64,000 nt of DNA from Phoronis australis (lineage: Eukaryota > Animalia > Phoronida): the NCBI GenBank assembly GCA_002633005.1, contig NMRA01000444.1:99456-163455 (forward strand), written 5' to 3'. Below the pieces are notes generated by a model. The model worked only from the letters and a program-made list of their open reading frames with translations. It did not search any database and had not been told where the DNA came from. A program made the translations under genes and the position numbers. This document shows, one piece after another, positions 1 through 11,600 of this stretch. The stretch's first letter is position 1. Each line of letters opens with the position of its first letter.

Positions 1-205
1 AAAAACTTAAGTTTTCTGAAAAACTTAACATTGTGCTGAAAAACTTAAGTTTTTGGCGAAAAACTTAAGTTTTAAAAACTTAAGTTTCTTTTAAAAACTT
101 AAGTTTTTCGGAAGAACTTAAGTTTTTCCTCTAAAACTTAAGTTATTTTCCAAAAACTTAAGTTTTTTCGCCAAAAACTTAAGTTTTCAGCGAAAAACTT
201 AAGTT
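1..205. repeat. Array of palindromic AAAACTTAAGTTTT motifs (about 11 copies, 16-21 bp spacing), cut by the window edge
   Basis: Motif recurs near 1, 20, 38, 59, 75, 93, 114, 134, 153, 174 and 194; each core is self-complementary around CTTAAG. Confidence 0.9.
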
Positions 206-302
206 CATTTTTGTGAGGGTGAGTGAACGCAAACAAAGTGAGGGATGTCACCAGTGAGTAATTGGATATGAACTACCATAGGACGAGAGAGCAGGATACA
301 AT

Positions 303-960
303 TTAAACTTCACAGTTTTCTAACACTAGAAGGTCAGTTTCTGAGGAAACCTGCTTTATCCTGTTATCATGGAGCTGTATTGTTACGTTACCGTCATGCG
401 TCCACGTTTTAGCGATGGCTTTAGATTGTACAAGGCGGCGACAGCGGGCGTAGAGAAGGGACCGTTGTTTCGTGAGATTTTCATTGATGTAGATCGGGGA
501 TGGTAAGTTCAGTTTGCGGAGTAGACTTCTATTGTGAAGGAAAGCAGCTCTGGTATTATATGACACAAACTTACAGATGATGGGGCGATCTTTTCGCGAA
601 TCTCTAGCTCCATGTTTGCGTAGTTTGGGCCCGATTCTTTGGGATCTGCTGATTTGTTGGGGGTTAATTTCAAGACCCAGTTTGCGTCCCAAGTCGATCA
701 CAATGTTGTCANCACAATGTTGTCAGTAGCTCCAGGTTTTTCATTTACAGGCTCATCGACTCCATATATAACTATATTATTGCGACGCCAGTATTGCTCT
801 AGGTTGTCTAGATTTGCTGACAAATTGTTGACTTGCTCATTCAGCCGCTGTATTTCTTTGTCTTTCTGGTTAAGGATGGACTCGTAGTAGGCCTTTATAT
901 CATCCAGGGCAGGCTGGAATAGTTGCTCACGGAGTGTTTTAATAACTTGGGGCTCTACAA
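303..960 (-). mobile_element. LINE ORF1 fragment (coiled coil + RRM + C-terminal domain, L1-type ORF1p)
   Basis: Reads ...KDKEIQRLNEQVNNLSANLDNLEQYWRRNNIVIYGVDE...RPIICKF...IYINENLTKQRSLLY...TWTHDGNV. The frame breaks only at the N at 712, which is flanked by a duplicated CACAATGTTGTCA. Homologous to the ORF1 at 61384-63040. Confidence 0.8.
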
Positions 961-2454
961 TGAACCAGCCAACTGCACAAATCGCGTGTAAAGTATGACG
1001 TTATCATTGACAAGGCCTTGAGCAGACAGCAGAGACTAGAATTCACATGTGAGAAACAACAATTTCTGGTGCGGCGGTCCCATTTGATCCCCGAAGGTCC
1101 TGTTTTGGGTGAGTCAGTCCGATTTAAGAGGACCGGCGGTCATGTTGTTTCGCACCCGTGACTTAGGCATTTATTTAAAATTTTAGTTCCATATTACTAA
1201 TTAAGTCTTGATTAAAATCGATCATATACAGTCGTGGAACGCCAAAAAATGACTGCACAACTTGCCGAGAAACTAAACACTAATTGTGACCATTTACCAT
1301 TGAGGCATTCGCGGCACGTTACACGGCTTGAATCATATGTTTAGTTTTGTCTATAAACGTTTCAAACAGAATTGGTTGAACGCACGACACTTTTCATTGT
1401 TCAGTCTTTAATCCATTACGTTCGTACCTTTGGAACAAAACTCTACTCTCAACTGAACACAGATAAAGTAACTGACCTAGAGACATAATTAAAAGACACA
1501 CGATATTTCGAAACATATTACTTGTTTCATTCTCAAGTGAAGATAAAATGACGCAGTAATGCCACCACAGAGCATAAGCTGACGACACACACAGTGGGAC
1601 ACGGCAGGTGTGAAATACTGCAAAGAATGACTAATGAAGGGGGGTAACAGGAAAGCCACGCAAACAAGTGTAACGTGCGGCGCGACCCTGTTTGCTGCTC
1701 ATTCAACTTGAAAACAGGCTTCTCAAAAGTAATTAAAAGGGACTCTAATACTGTAAATCGCAGCACATCGTGCTCCACTTAGCGAATTGACGTGTTTTCC
1801 ACAATTTCTTGACACGTGATTTTACGTTCGTGACATTGCAAAAAATAATCTTGGATGGCGCCATTTTGAAGATGCATAGATAACCGACGGGAAAGACTGC
1901 AAACCGTTTGACCAATGTAACAGTGTTTGACGTTTGAACGGACATTCGTTATTCACCTATTTCACGAACGCGGGGCGCTGCTGTCGTGTTGATCGAAAAC
2001 GAGGCGCCTTGACAAACATGGCATCGTCCTGCAAGGTGGTGTGGTCAAAAGACTTGTCAACGTTACCAAAAATCAAGTTGTCTGATGTTGAATCGATCTC
2101 CAAAAAACATACCAATACGCACGGCAACTAGACTTTGACCCTCCTCAGCCATTCCTTAGTAGTTTTCCCTCTTTTGGAAAAGTGTGAAAGTCAGGGATAT
2201 ACCCAGGCTCAGCTCCGAGTCGCCAGCTGGGCGAGTGCCGGAGCCAGAAAATCTACTGGCCCTGCCCGAGGTTCAGTCACCCCGGCGGCCGTTGGCGCCA
2301 GTCACCACAAACTTGCTGCTAATTTAAATAAAAATCATCGTTTCGTGCACACCGTCGCCCTAATAAGCGCCCAGGGGGACGCTTTTTGTAGCCTACGGCG
2401 GTTACTGAAAACCCGGTCTCCGAAACGGGTGAAATCGGAAGCTAGGATTCATCA

Positions 2455-3048
2455 AATTTACGCGCTGTATGTGTAACCTATGACAGACTGTCTACAAAAC
2501 AGTGGTGCATTGCTATCAAACTCTATTGTTAAATTACAATCTTTTTAAAAAATGTGCTGAAATCCCAGGGCGAAAACTTGCCGGACTGCCTGTGCGTCGC
2601 TGCTTCGCGATCGTCGATAGGACAACTTGAATTCTTGACTATAGTTTCGACTCAAATNTCTATACTTCTGCGTCATCAAGTTTAAAGGAAACTCCGCCAA
2701 TATATAAGAAAGAGACTGAAATTCTTTACGTTATAACGGTTATTTGAAGTAGCCATCAGATTTCCACTTCTTGCAAGATTTGGGCCAATCACATGAAGGT
2801 GCTGAAGATGGTGCTCGACTCCAGTACGGTACACTTTTATACCTCAATTTACGCGCTGTATGTGTAACCTATGACAGACTGTCTACAAAACAGTGGTGCA
2901 TTGCTATCAAACTCTATTGTTAAATTACAATCTTTTTAAAAAATGTGCTGAAATCCCAGGGCGAAAACTTGCCGGACTGCCTGTGCGTCGCTGCTTCGCG
3001 ATCGTCGATAGGACAACTTGAATTCTTGACTATAGTTTCGACTCAAAT
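2455..3048. repeat. Apparently identical ~203-bp direct duplication (2455-2657 and 2846-3048) next to an N gap
   Basis: Both copies run from AATTTACGCGCTGTATG to GTTTCGACTCAAAT; the first copy ends exactly at the N at 2658. Confidence 0.9.
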
Positions 3049-5288
3049 TACCTGAAATCCTCCTTAAGTTTTCCAAATAGCCTTTCCTATGATTCTTAAG
3101 TTCCTGTGGACTCGGAGTCGGGATTAACCGCAGATTAAGTCAAAATCTGCGCTAGATCGCACTCCGCAACGAACACATATGTTGTTGTCACGTGACGTTT
3201 GTATTGAAGTGAGTCAACAGGTGTGCACCAAGTGAGCGAGCGCGTGCGTGTCATCAGTGTTCATTTGCCAGAGTAGCAGGCCCAATGAGCTGTATATGTA
3301 GTTATATTTATCTCGTTGAGCGGGCCCTCATATTAAATGTAGGCGCTCATATTATATGTAGGCCCTAGTGCGTGCTTCTTGGTCAAGTTTCGATTCGCGG
3401 TTTTTATAATTTTACGTGTACAAAGCAATCTGGATTCCTGTTATGGGAGAAGATCTGTACGGGAAAGATACAATACCAATCCCGTTGACCAGTACGCTGC
3501 GTCTGTTCTGAAGGGCCAGACCATATAGTGTGACACTTTCTTCGCAAGGTCAGCAAATCTTTTGCTTTCTTTTTGAAGCACTGCGGAACCGGTTTCAGTG
3601 AAGTGTACAGCCACGGCTAAATACCGACATAGCGGCGAGGCTCGTGGTCTACTAGAAATTCTGCGCACAATGATTTTTCAGGACTGTCGGGTATTATTGA
3701 TCCATTGAATACATCACTGTAGAATTTTAGAAGTGTGAGGTGAGACATTTTTCGCACAAATATATACACATTCATGGACTGGGCGCTTATTTTAGCGAAG
3801 TCTGAAAACGAGTGGGGACGCTTATAGGGGCATGGGTGCTTATTAGGACGAATGTTATAAAAATAATTTTGGCTAAAATGACATTGTACATATTTTATTT
3901 GCTATGAGCACATGGACCGGTCTTCCACCTTTCTCGCCTTTTCTACGTTTCGGACTAGTCCACAAATTCTTTGTGCACGACCACACACTGTTTTTTTGAC
4001 GAATCGCGTAACGAGTGTAGATAAGTATTTGAACTTTTTCGAGCTTTATTTCAACGATTCAGTGCGTCTTGGAATGAAGACGATCTACAACAAAGAGAAG
4101 GATAGCCTTCACTAAAATGCGAGGAAAATGAACGTAAAATTAATAGGCATTAATCGCTGCAACGTAGTGAAAATGCTGCTAAAACACTTAAATCTTATAT
4201 CTAGCTTATACCTCTAAAAATGTCCATACAATGTCCAGAGAGAGAGAATGCTTTAATTTAGCGAGACTCGTTAGTCATGGAATCCAGCCTCAGCATTCTT
4301 TATAACCGAAAACTTGCTCCCGAAGTACAGCCAAACGTTTCAAATGTGGACATTTCATTCAGAACCTTTTATTTATACTCTATGAACATCATTCTCTTGA
4401 TAAATTTGCCAATTAATTGAAAGAATGTTGCTCATTTTCAATTCGCGGAGAACTCTTTCATACTGATGTTGAACATCGTGCAATTGGTTTCAAACGGTTA
4501 CCTGGGATTCATGTGCCACAGATAGGACATTATACATGTAGTTCTTGGTGGTCTTTCTCTACAATTGTCGTGTAACTCACCTGGAGTATGAGTTACGCCT
4601 GTCCGTTTAGCACTGGCGTTGTAAGGAAATTTCAAATTTTGCTCGAAACATTTGATGGTTGTCGAAAGTTACCGAGCATTATTTTGTTTCATAGACCTAA
4701 ATCGGGACGTCAGGATTAGCATTTGATAATAGGCCAAAACTGTTTACGATTATGCTGAGCTTGTGATGTATCGTGGATAATAAGGAGCGGCACGTAATTT
4801 GAAAATTACCAGAATCGTACGCCCAGGGCTTTGGTCGGTGGGGGTAGCGAGGCTATGACGCCGGGAGCCAACAGACTCGGGGGCCCAAAACAGAAGAGCG
4901 CCAGACACCAAAGAATAAAAAGTGATCATAAGCGCGTAAGCAAGTTTTATTTAGTGTTTTGAACAAAGAAAATGTGGGCGCACCGACCCCCGGGTCGACA
5001 CCAGTTTCGCCCTTACCAATTAGTGGCCATCTCGCCCTCAAAGGTAATTTCTCCACCCGTTTTGCATACCCTGATTGTCACCAAGTTTCGGCGTCACTTC
5101 AACGCTGCGTTGACCTATACTATTAGCGACTGTTGAGACACTAATATCCGGTACACATGCTGGCTAAAATGCTAAAGTTTTCGATGGCACTTTCGCTGGC
5201 AGCAAAATGCTAGTACTGTAGAAGACCACAAGGGTCATTTCAGGTGGCGCTTTGTTGAGAGTTTGAATTACCCCCACATTTGCGTTTT

Positions 5289-5450
5289 CAGTGGCGGATT
5301 TAGAAGGGGGCCAAGGGCGCCATGGCCCCCCTATAGTTCTCCCAGATTACATATTTGGCATTCCGAGGGTGCGAATGTCTGACGGGCAAAATCATGGCTA
5401 GTACTCTGCCCTGCTCCCCTCCCCAACTCAAAGTCCTGGATCTGCCCCTG
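5289..5450. mobile_element. Short GC-rich MITE-like element of the GGCGGATCCAG family
   Basis: Inverted ends CAGTGGCGGATTTAG ... CTGGATCTGCCCCTG. Related ends occur near 7800-7823, 26250-26290, 46600 and 60800-60953. Confidence 0.6.
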
Positions 5451-6324
5451 GTTTTCTATAGAACTTTTGTAGCCAGGCTGATTACTTCAGAGAACGCGCA
5501 TACACAGGGGTAAGTCGTCTTTGTTATGTGGTACTAGAGAGTGGACTTGTTTTGTCATCAATTTTCGCGCGAAAACGACTCAGGTGGTGTTTTAACAAAC
5601 TAAAAACTTGAATGTGAAAATTACCCATTCACGGACAGCTCGCCTGCCCGACTAAAATGCTAACACTTTAGCTAGTGCAACCGCTAGCGTTTTCGCCACC
5701 AATGTGAAGCTAGCATAAGTAATAGACAGCACTTTATTTTCTTAGTCATTTTAGTGGGAGAACGCTGCCCCGGCTCGCCCCAACTCCCCGACTTCATGAG
5801 AGGGGGAATTTTCATCGTGCCACGTTTCCCACACTCATGAGTAGGCGTCTCAACGTAAAATTTTGGAAAGAGAAATCAGTTCTTCCAATGCAGGCTCTTT
5901 CTTAAATTTTCCGAAAAATCGCCCATGGGCTTCCTGTTTTGTCATCACTACAAATTACACAAATTCGACATTTTCTCTAAAGGAACTCCCTACAAATTAG
6001 AATTAAAAAAGCTAAAAACTAGATAAGTCATAACAATATCATCGCCGTACCTTGTGAAATCATTAAAAAGTTTTCACATTGCATCTTATCTTAATCTTTC
6101 GTCACACGGTAACAGGAGTGTATTGCATTATGTTTAGAGTAAAAAGTTAACGTGGCAAAAATCTTTGAATTTATCCAAGCATCTGTGTCGGTTTTTAAGT
6201 TTTTGCTTTTCACTTGTTGACTATTGTACACTGTCTCTTGCCGAAGGTGAATAGGAAAAATAACTATTTAAAGATATTCTTTTATAACAGTTACCATAAA
6301 TACAAGTGCACATGTGTATATATA

Positions 6325-8007
6325 AGGTGGCCCAAAGATGACATTGCGCGTTTCTTTTTTATTTATTTCGGGATCTCGAGATCCTGAGACAATTTTCCTC
6401 AGTGTGTCGCTGTAAGTAAACAGACTTTTGGCGCGTCGCATTGCAACACCATATGGATCGACAGCAGAAAGAATGATTCACACAGTTTTTCGTTTCACCA
6501 CTAAGCCATTAGTGACACATTTGTGGTGCATGAATCTATAACCATGTTGCTGCCCTGGCATCGATGTTTGTCGGTCTATGGAACCAATCACATCATCGCG
6601 CGAGCCCTAGTCTTGACAACAAGCGCAGCAAGTGCCTAACGCCAATAATGATACCAAAGCGATACCTGAGCATGTGTGCAGTTTCTTTTTGCGACATCCC
6701 TAAGCCGAAAAGATCTCTAACACCTTCATCTCTAATCTAGTTGGAATATTCTTGGTAACAGCAAACTAGTGTTATCACGTGACACCGATTTTATAACAGT
6801 AAGAGGCCTAATTCTATTTTTTTTGTTTTTCAACAGCAAAACTCGTAGCACTAAGCTTTAAGAGGAAAGACTATCTTTAAAATAATACCATTAGTATCAG
6901 ACACGTAAATCTTTTGTGGCATGATAATTCTAAGTTCTGTTCTTTCTTCAGATCATTTTATCTGGACTTTTAAGAGATGGAAGTTCTAGACATAAGCGTT
7001 GTCATTGATGTTTTGTTGCTACGATGCGTCCTGATAGCTCTACTACACACTGTGTGGGTCAAGACTGTAGACGGCCTTGGTTACTTGTCCTGATGATGGT
7101 GTATGAGACATCGAAACATGTTGAAGTTGAAAAATCTCGTTATTTTTATTAATATTGTCAATTACTTTTCTTCGTTGAGACCATAAGCGTTATACCCGGT
7201 TTCATGCCAGATATGATAGCATGTCCTTCTACAAATGTTGAACGTTGAGTCATTTATCTTCTTAAGTAAGTGCAACTGCCATTTGAATTATTTGATAAAG
7301 TGATATGCCCATCACAGTATAATGGCTAAGAAATATGAGGTTTTAATGAATGCGACTGTAAATGTACACTTCCATAAAATTATTCTTGAAGTACAGTATA
7401 AGTAGGAACCGCCACCTTTAATATTACAGTTTTACTCGGGTGGTATTCAGCTACTTTTCAGCAAGGATGCCGCTGAAATATTAGTTTACCCTTAGAACAT
7501 TTATTTCTTGTACAACTCGCCTACACCCCATATTATACGCAGTTGTACAATATACAAATTTACGTGATCTACAACGTTTCTTCTTTTACCAGCTGTCAAC
7601 TGTCACACATATTTTTAAAGTGTCTCCGTCAAATTTTGAAGGCCCCTCGTGGGTTTCTGAGTTGTTATCTTTGTCCAAGTGAGGCCGAACGGTCCAAACC
7701 TCTGGAACTTTTGTTTTTTGTTGCGCCTTTTTTTGCCTTTTTCCTTCACCGCTGGGTCCCCCCTAACTGCCAGGGGCCCCGGGATTTTCGGTCCTCCTGC
7801 CCACCCCCTCTCGACGCCCCTGACTATGTAACGTGTTTTTATCCAAACTACTTCGAGTATTCGTTTTGAAACCACGATTTATTAGTTGATACCGGTGGGC
7901 ATTTGAAAACAATGTTGATAGAATCGAGATACCGAGATAATTAAGTCAGGATCTGAGATCTTGAGACAATTATAAAAGAAACGCGCAATGTCATCTTTGG
8001 GTCACTG
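6325..8007. mobile_element. Non-autonomous Tc1/mariner-like DNA transposon
   Basis: TIRs AGGTGGCCCAAAGATGACATTGCGCGTTTCTTTT and AAAAGAAACGCGCAATGTCATCTTTGGGTCACTG, with TA on both flanks; no transposase ORF. Confidence 0.75.
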
Positions 8008-8047
8008 TATAGATGAGGTGTCTGTGGCAAATTGTGATTTTGTGACA

Positions 8048-8078
8048 TTTATTAGAGACATTTTCAGTCACATTTATT
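8048..8078 (-). promoter_or_regulatory. Candidate polyadenylation signals (two AATAAA) of the SRCR mosaic gene
   Basis: TTTATT on + at 8048-8053 and 8073-8078, about 340-370 nt downstream of the stop codon at 8416. Confidence 0.45.
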
Positions 8079-8415
8079 TGGATTCTTATTAGACAAGCCA
8101 GTTATGTCCGCTGCGTTTATCCGTTTTTGTTCAATCTGTTCTCGACAAAGTAGACATAGCTTAGTGATTCTCAGTGGCTAACCAACATGTAGAGTCTTCG
8201 TTCAACACTCTCTTATCACCCGTCATCTAGATGGCCCTGTTGTGTTGACCATTTGGCCTTAAACGTCCGTTGTATTTTACCTTAATGGCATTGCAAGTTT
8301 CACCAATTTTCAAATTAATACTTTTTTGTTCTGTTTGCTAACTCCTCCTATGTTCATATTCAGAAGATCTGTTCAATAATCCCACACAAGAGGAGTTCAC
8401 ACGGAACATGAGCTG

Positions 8416-8663
8416 TCAAAGTGCTCCTCTAAGAAATTTCCATCCATCAGAATAGATAATTGTTCCTGTCTCTAGATTGTCAGAAGACAATTCGCAAAGC
8501 ACTCTCCCGTCCGATTTATTTATATTGACCGATACACATCCACTGTAGCCGAGACAGGTACTAATACAGTGAAGTTCCATGGGAACCACAGTCTTTATAA
8601 GTATATTTGAAACAACTCGCGTTCCTTCGGAAGTTACCATGAGCATCCTTGTTGGTGACTGAC
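8416..8663 (-). CDS. Terminal exon: C-terminal PAN/Apple-like domain and stop
   Basis: Acceptor TTTTCCGCAG; reads [31 protein letters not shown]...GWKFLRGAL*; no transmembrane helix. Confidence 0.75.
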
Positions 8664-11600
8664 CTGCGGAAAACACATGGGAAACTTCGACACATTCATA
8701 CTACGCGTAAGTAATCTGAACGTTGAGCCTCACAAACATTCAAACTAAGACTGAAACAAATCATTACGAAAAAAAATTTATACGACTTCGGATTGGTGTC
8801 CATACGTTTCCGATACTAGTTTTCAAAATTAAGAATTGTGCAGGTGAGTTGCTTTGAAACACATCAATTTAGATTAAAAAACGAACAAAAAACTTTATCA
8901 AATTCTGTATATTTTGAAAAAATAGGGCCAAATTCAACCGATTTGACTTGTGTAGTTTTATCAGACATCTTTATAGATAATGAAACGGAAAGAATGTCTC
9001 GTTGAAAACCTCTTAGGGTTTAACTTTTCAAAAACATCCAAAAGGCAAGACAGTGTGGGCTTTTAGCAGCCTTCTAACAAGTATTTATGGTCCTGTCAGA
9101 TTTTAAAAGAATTAGGACAATTTCATCGCCGCCATTTGTCTTCAAAATGGCCCCTGAGTCGCAAGTTAAATCTTGGCGTAAAGAAATGCATTGTTATTAT
9201 CTTTTTCCGTGAATGACGTTTTTCGTCCTTTCGACAGCCACAGCAAGATTAAGGCCTGCAGAGCTAAATTTCGAGAAGGTTTCATAAACCTGATTCTATT
9301 TCAAAAACAAAGCGCCTGGTCGGATCATGGCTGCACTCACTTTCACATACATCCTGAGATTTCATTGTTGATTGATTACATTGTCACAAGAGCTTCCATA
9401 TTTAAAGAAAAGTTTGCTTTACGACTATGTTGTCCTACTTGCCTGGGCTCACTGTTCCCTTACCTATTTCGCAATTATCGCCGCTGTTGCCTGTGAGACA
9501 TTGACATTCATAGCCGCCATTTTTAAAAATGGCTCTGGCAAAGTTTTTGCATGGATGGAATATTTGTGTTCCATTGCCAGTTGACAGCTGAAATCCATAA
9601 AGCACGGTTTTCACGAGAGAAGATGGCGAAGAAGTTGGATAGTACGTCAGCTCATCATCGATGTTGAACGTTTTGAAAAAATTCATGCCCATTCCGAGAT
9701 CGTCGTAAGTTGAAGACTCCTGAAAAAACTCACAGGTTTACAAACAGATGTCCTGGTTTTGAATATGACAGGACTTACAACAAACAGATAATTTTCTCTT
9801 TTTAAATTACAGTCATTAATATTCCCTAAAGTTATCCACATCGACAGGCACAGGAAGTCAGGACATAACAGATCTCGCGAAGTTGCTTATCCAGCGAGGT
9901 CCTCGCGTTACTGAACGCTACCCTGGAATCGCCGATGCTTATTGGTTTAGGGTTAAGTGAAATGACCACAGAAGCGGAAGCAGTGGTGATTATGTGGACG
10001 CCATCTGTGGAGAACCGGTGACGTGGTTCAAATGTCAAACACTATAGCAATGAACGTAGCTAAGGGCTGCAATCTCAGGAAGAGCCTAATAACTACATAT
10101 GCATAAGAATGTGCTCATGAGTTCCAAATCAGATGTTTTTGCCTTGGCCGGTGCACGCCCGTTACAATTCAGATATCGGACTACATGCACTTGGCATGTA
10201 CATGCCGTGTATAATTTCACGGGCATTATCGATTCTTCAGCCTTTTTCGTTTTCACTTGTCTCTGTTTCAGAGTACAGTTCTTAGCACATTTTTGAAAAA
10301 AAAACACCAAAGAAATACCTTAAAACAACTCTTTGGAGATTCTTCAAGTTTCCAGCTGCCATATTTTTCATTCACGTCGACCACGGTGACATTGCACACG
10401 GTATCGTTAAACACTGGGTCGTTGTATTTAGCTCGCCACGTCCCTGCCACGCCATTTGGTTCCGCAAACAAAAAGGTGACACTGTCGCCTTCCGTTAAAA
10501 CCTGCAACTCACTAAAAAATCGCATGATAGTCACACTTGTATAAGGCATGGCGGCTGGTGACCATTTTATTGTTTCATTTATAGGAGAGTTTCCATGAAT
10601 GAGAGTCCAAGGTCTGTCCTGGTCGGTGAAATCACAAAACAAGGGAAATGTGATGCTATGTTTCGTGAACAGGTATATTCCATTGTTTAACGGCGAAGCT
10701 GTCTTAACATAGTCACGGCAGGTGGCTGGATTATTTATAGTTAAACAAGGGCCGAATGCGTGGGTGTAGCTACTGTCCGAGTTAGGTCCAATATCATTGT
10801 AGATGCTGGATAGTGTCGCAATATGCAAAATACAGTCTTTAACTGATGCAGAATAACTAACAGCCATACACGAAGCGCGTGCACTGCACATATCTTTACA
10901 CTTATCCATGTTTGCCACATCAAAACCAAATGTTTTACTGAAACGATACCCATCCAGCTTGCCTACACCAGCACTGCTCCACGTGCGATTACAAGGAAAA
11001 CAGCGTCTTTCGAAAGTGGTGACTCTAAGTTCAGTCAAGTTATAATACTGACGACCTCGGTAACTTGCAAGGTGCAACACGCATCTTCCTGTTGAAGGCT
11101 CGTGGTATATCTCTTTGCAATAGTCATCGAACTCACATTCTATTTTACACTCTTGTACAGAAATGCGTAGAAGTTTGTAACCAAATCCTGTTACGTTTAC
11201 TGTCGCTTCACTGCTGTCGATCAACATATCAAGGCCTGGGCAGACACGTTTGTAGACTGCCAAAAAACCTCTATGGTTATGAGAAACATCAGTTGTGAAA
11301 TTCACGTGCATTGCGTTTCCTGTCGATACCAGCGGGTCATCGAAAACTCCTGGTCCAGACCCGCACAACCTTGATAAAAGACTCCCGTTTGCATCATTAA
11401 CTTCAACGGAATCTGTACATCCATCAGATCTCAACTGTAACAATCGCCACGTAAAGACATATTACTTTTTATTGTGTGAGTTAAGAACGTGCTCAAATGA
11501 ATAATAAGTGATATTAAACTTAGACGAAGGACTAGGTTGCATGAAACTAAAAACGCATAAGTTAGAATGTTGCACGATATAGAACAAGTTGAGACTGGTT

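Noticed and set aside
2351-3854. Single TIR element bounded by CCTAATAAGCGCCC / GGGTGCTTATTAGG
   Set aside because: The ends look like mariner-type MITE termini but are degenerate, show no TSD and span an assembly gap, so boundaries cannot be supported.
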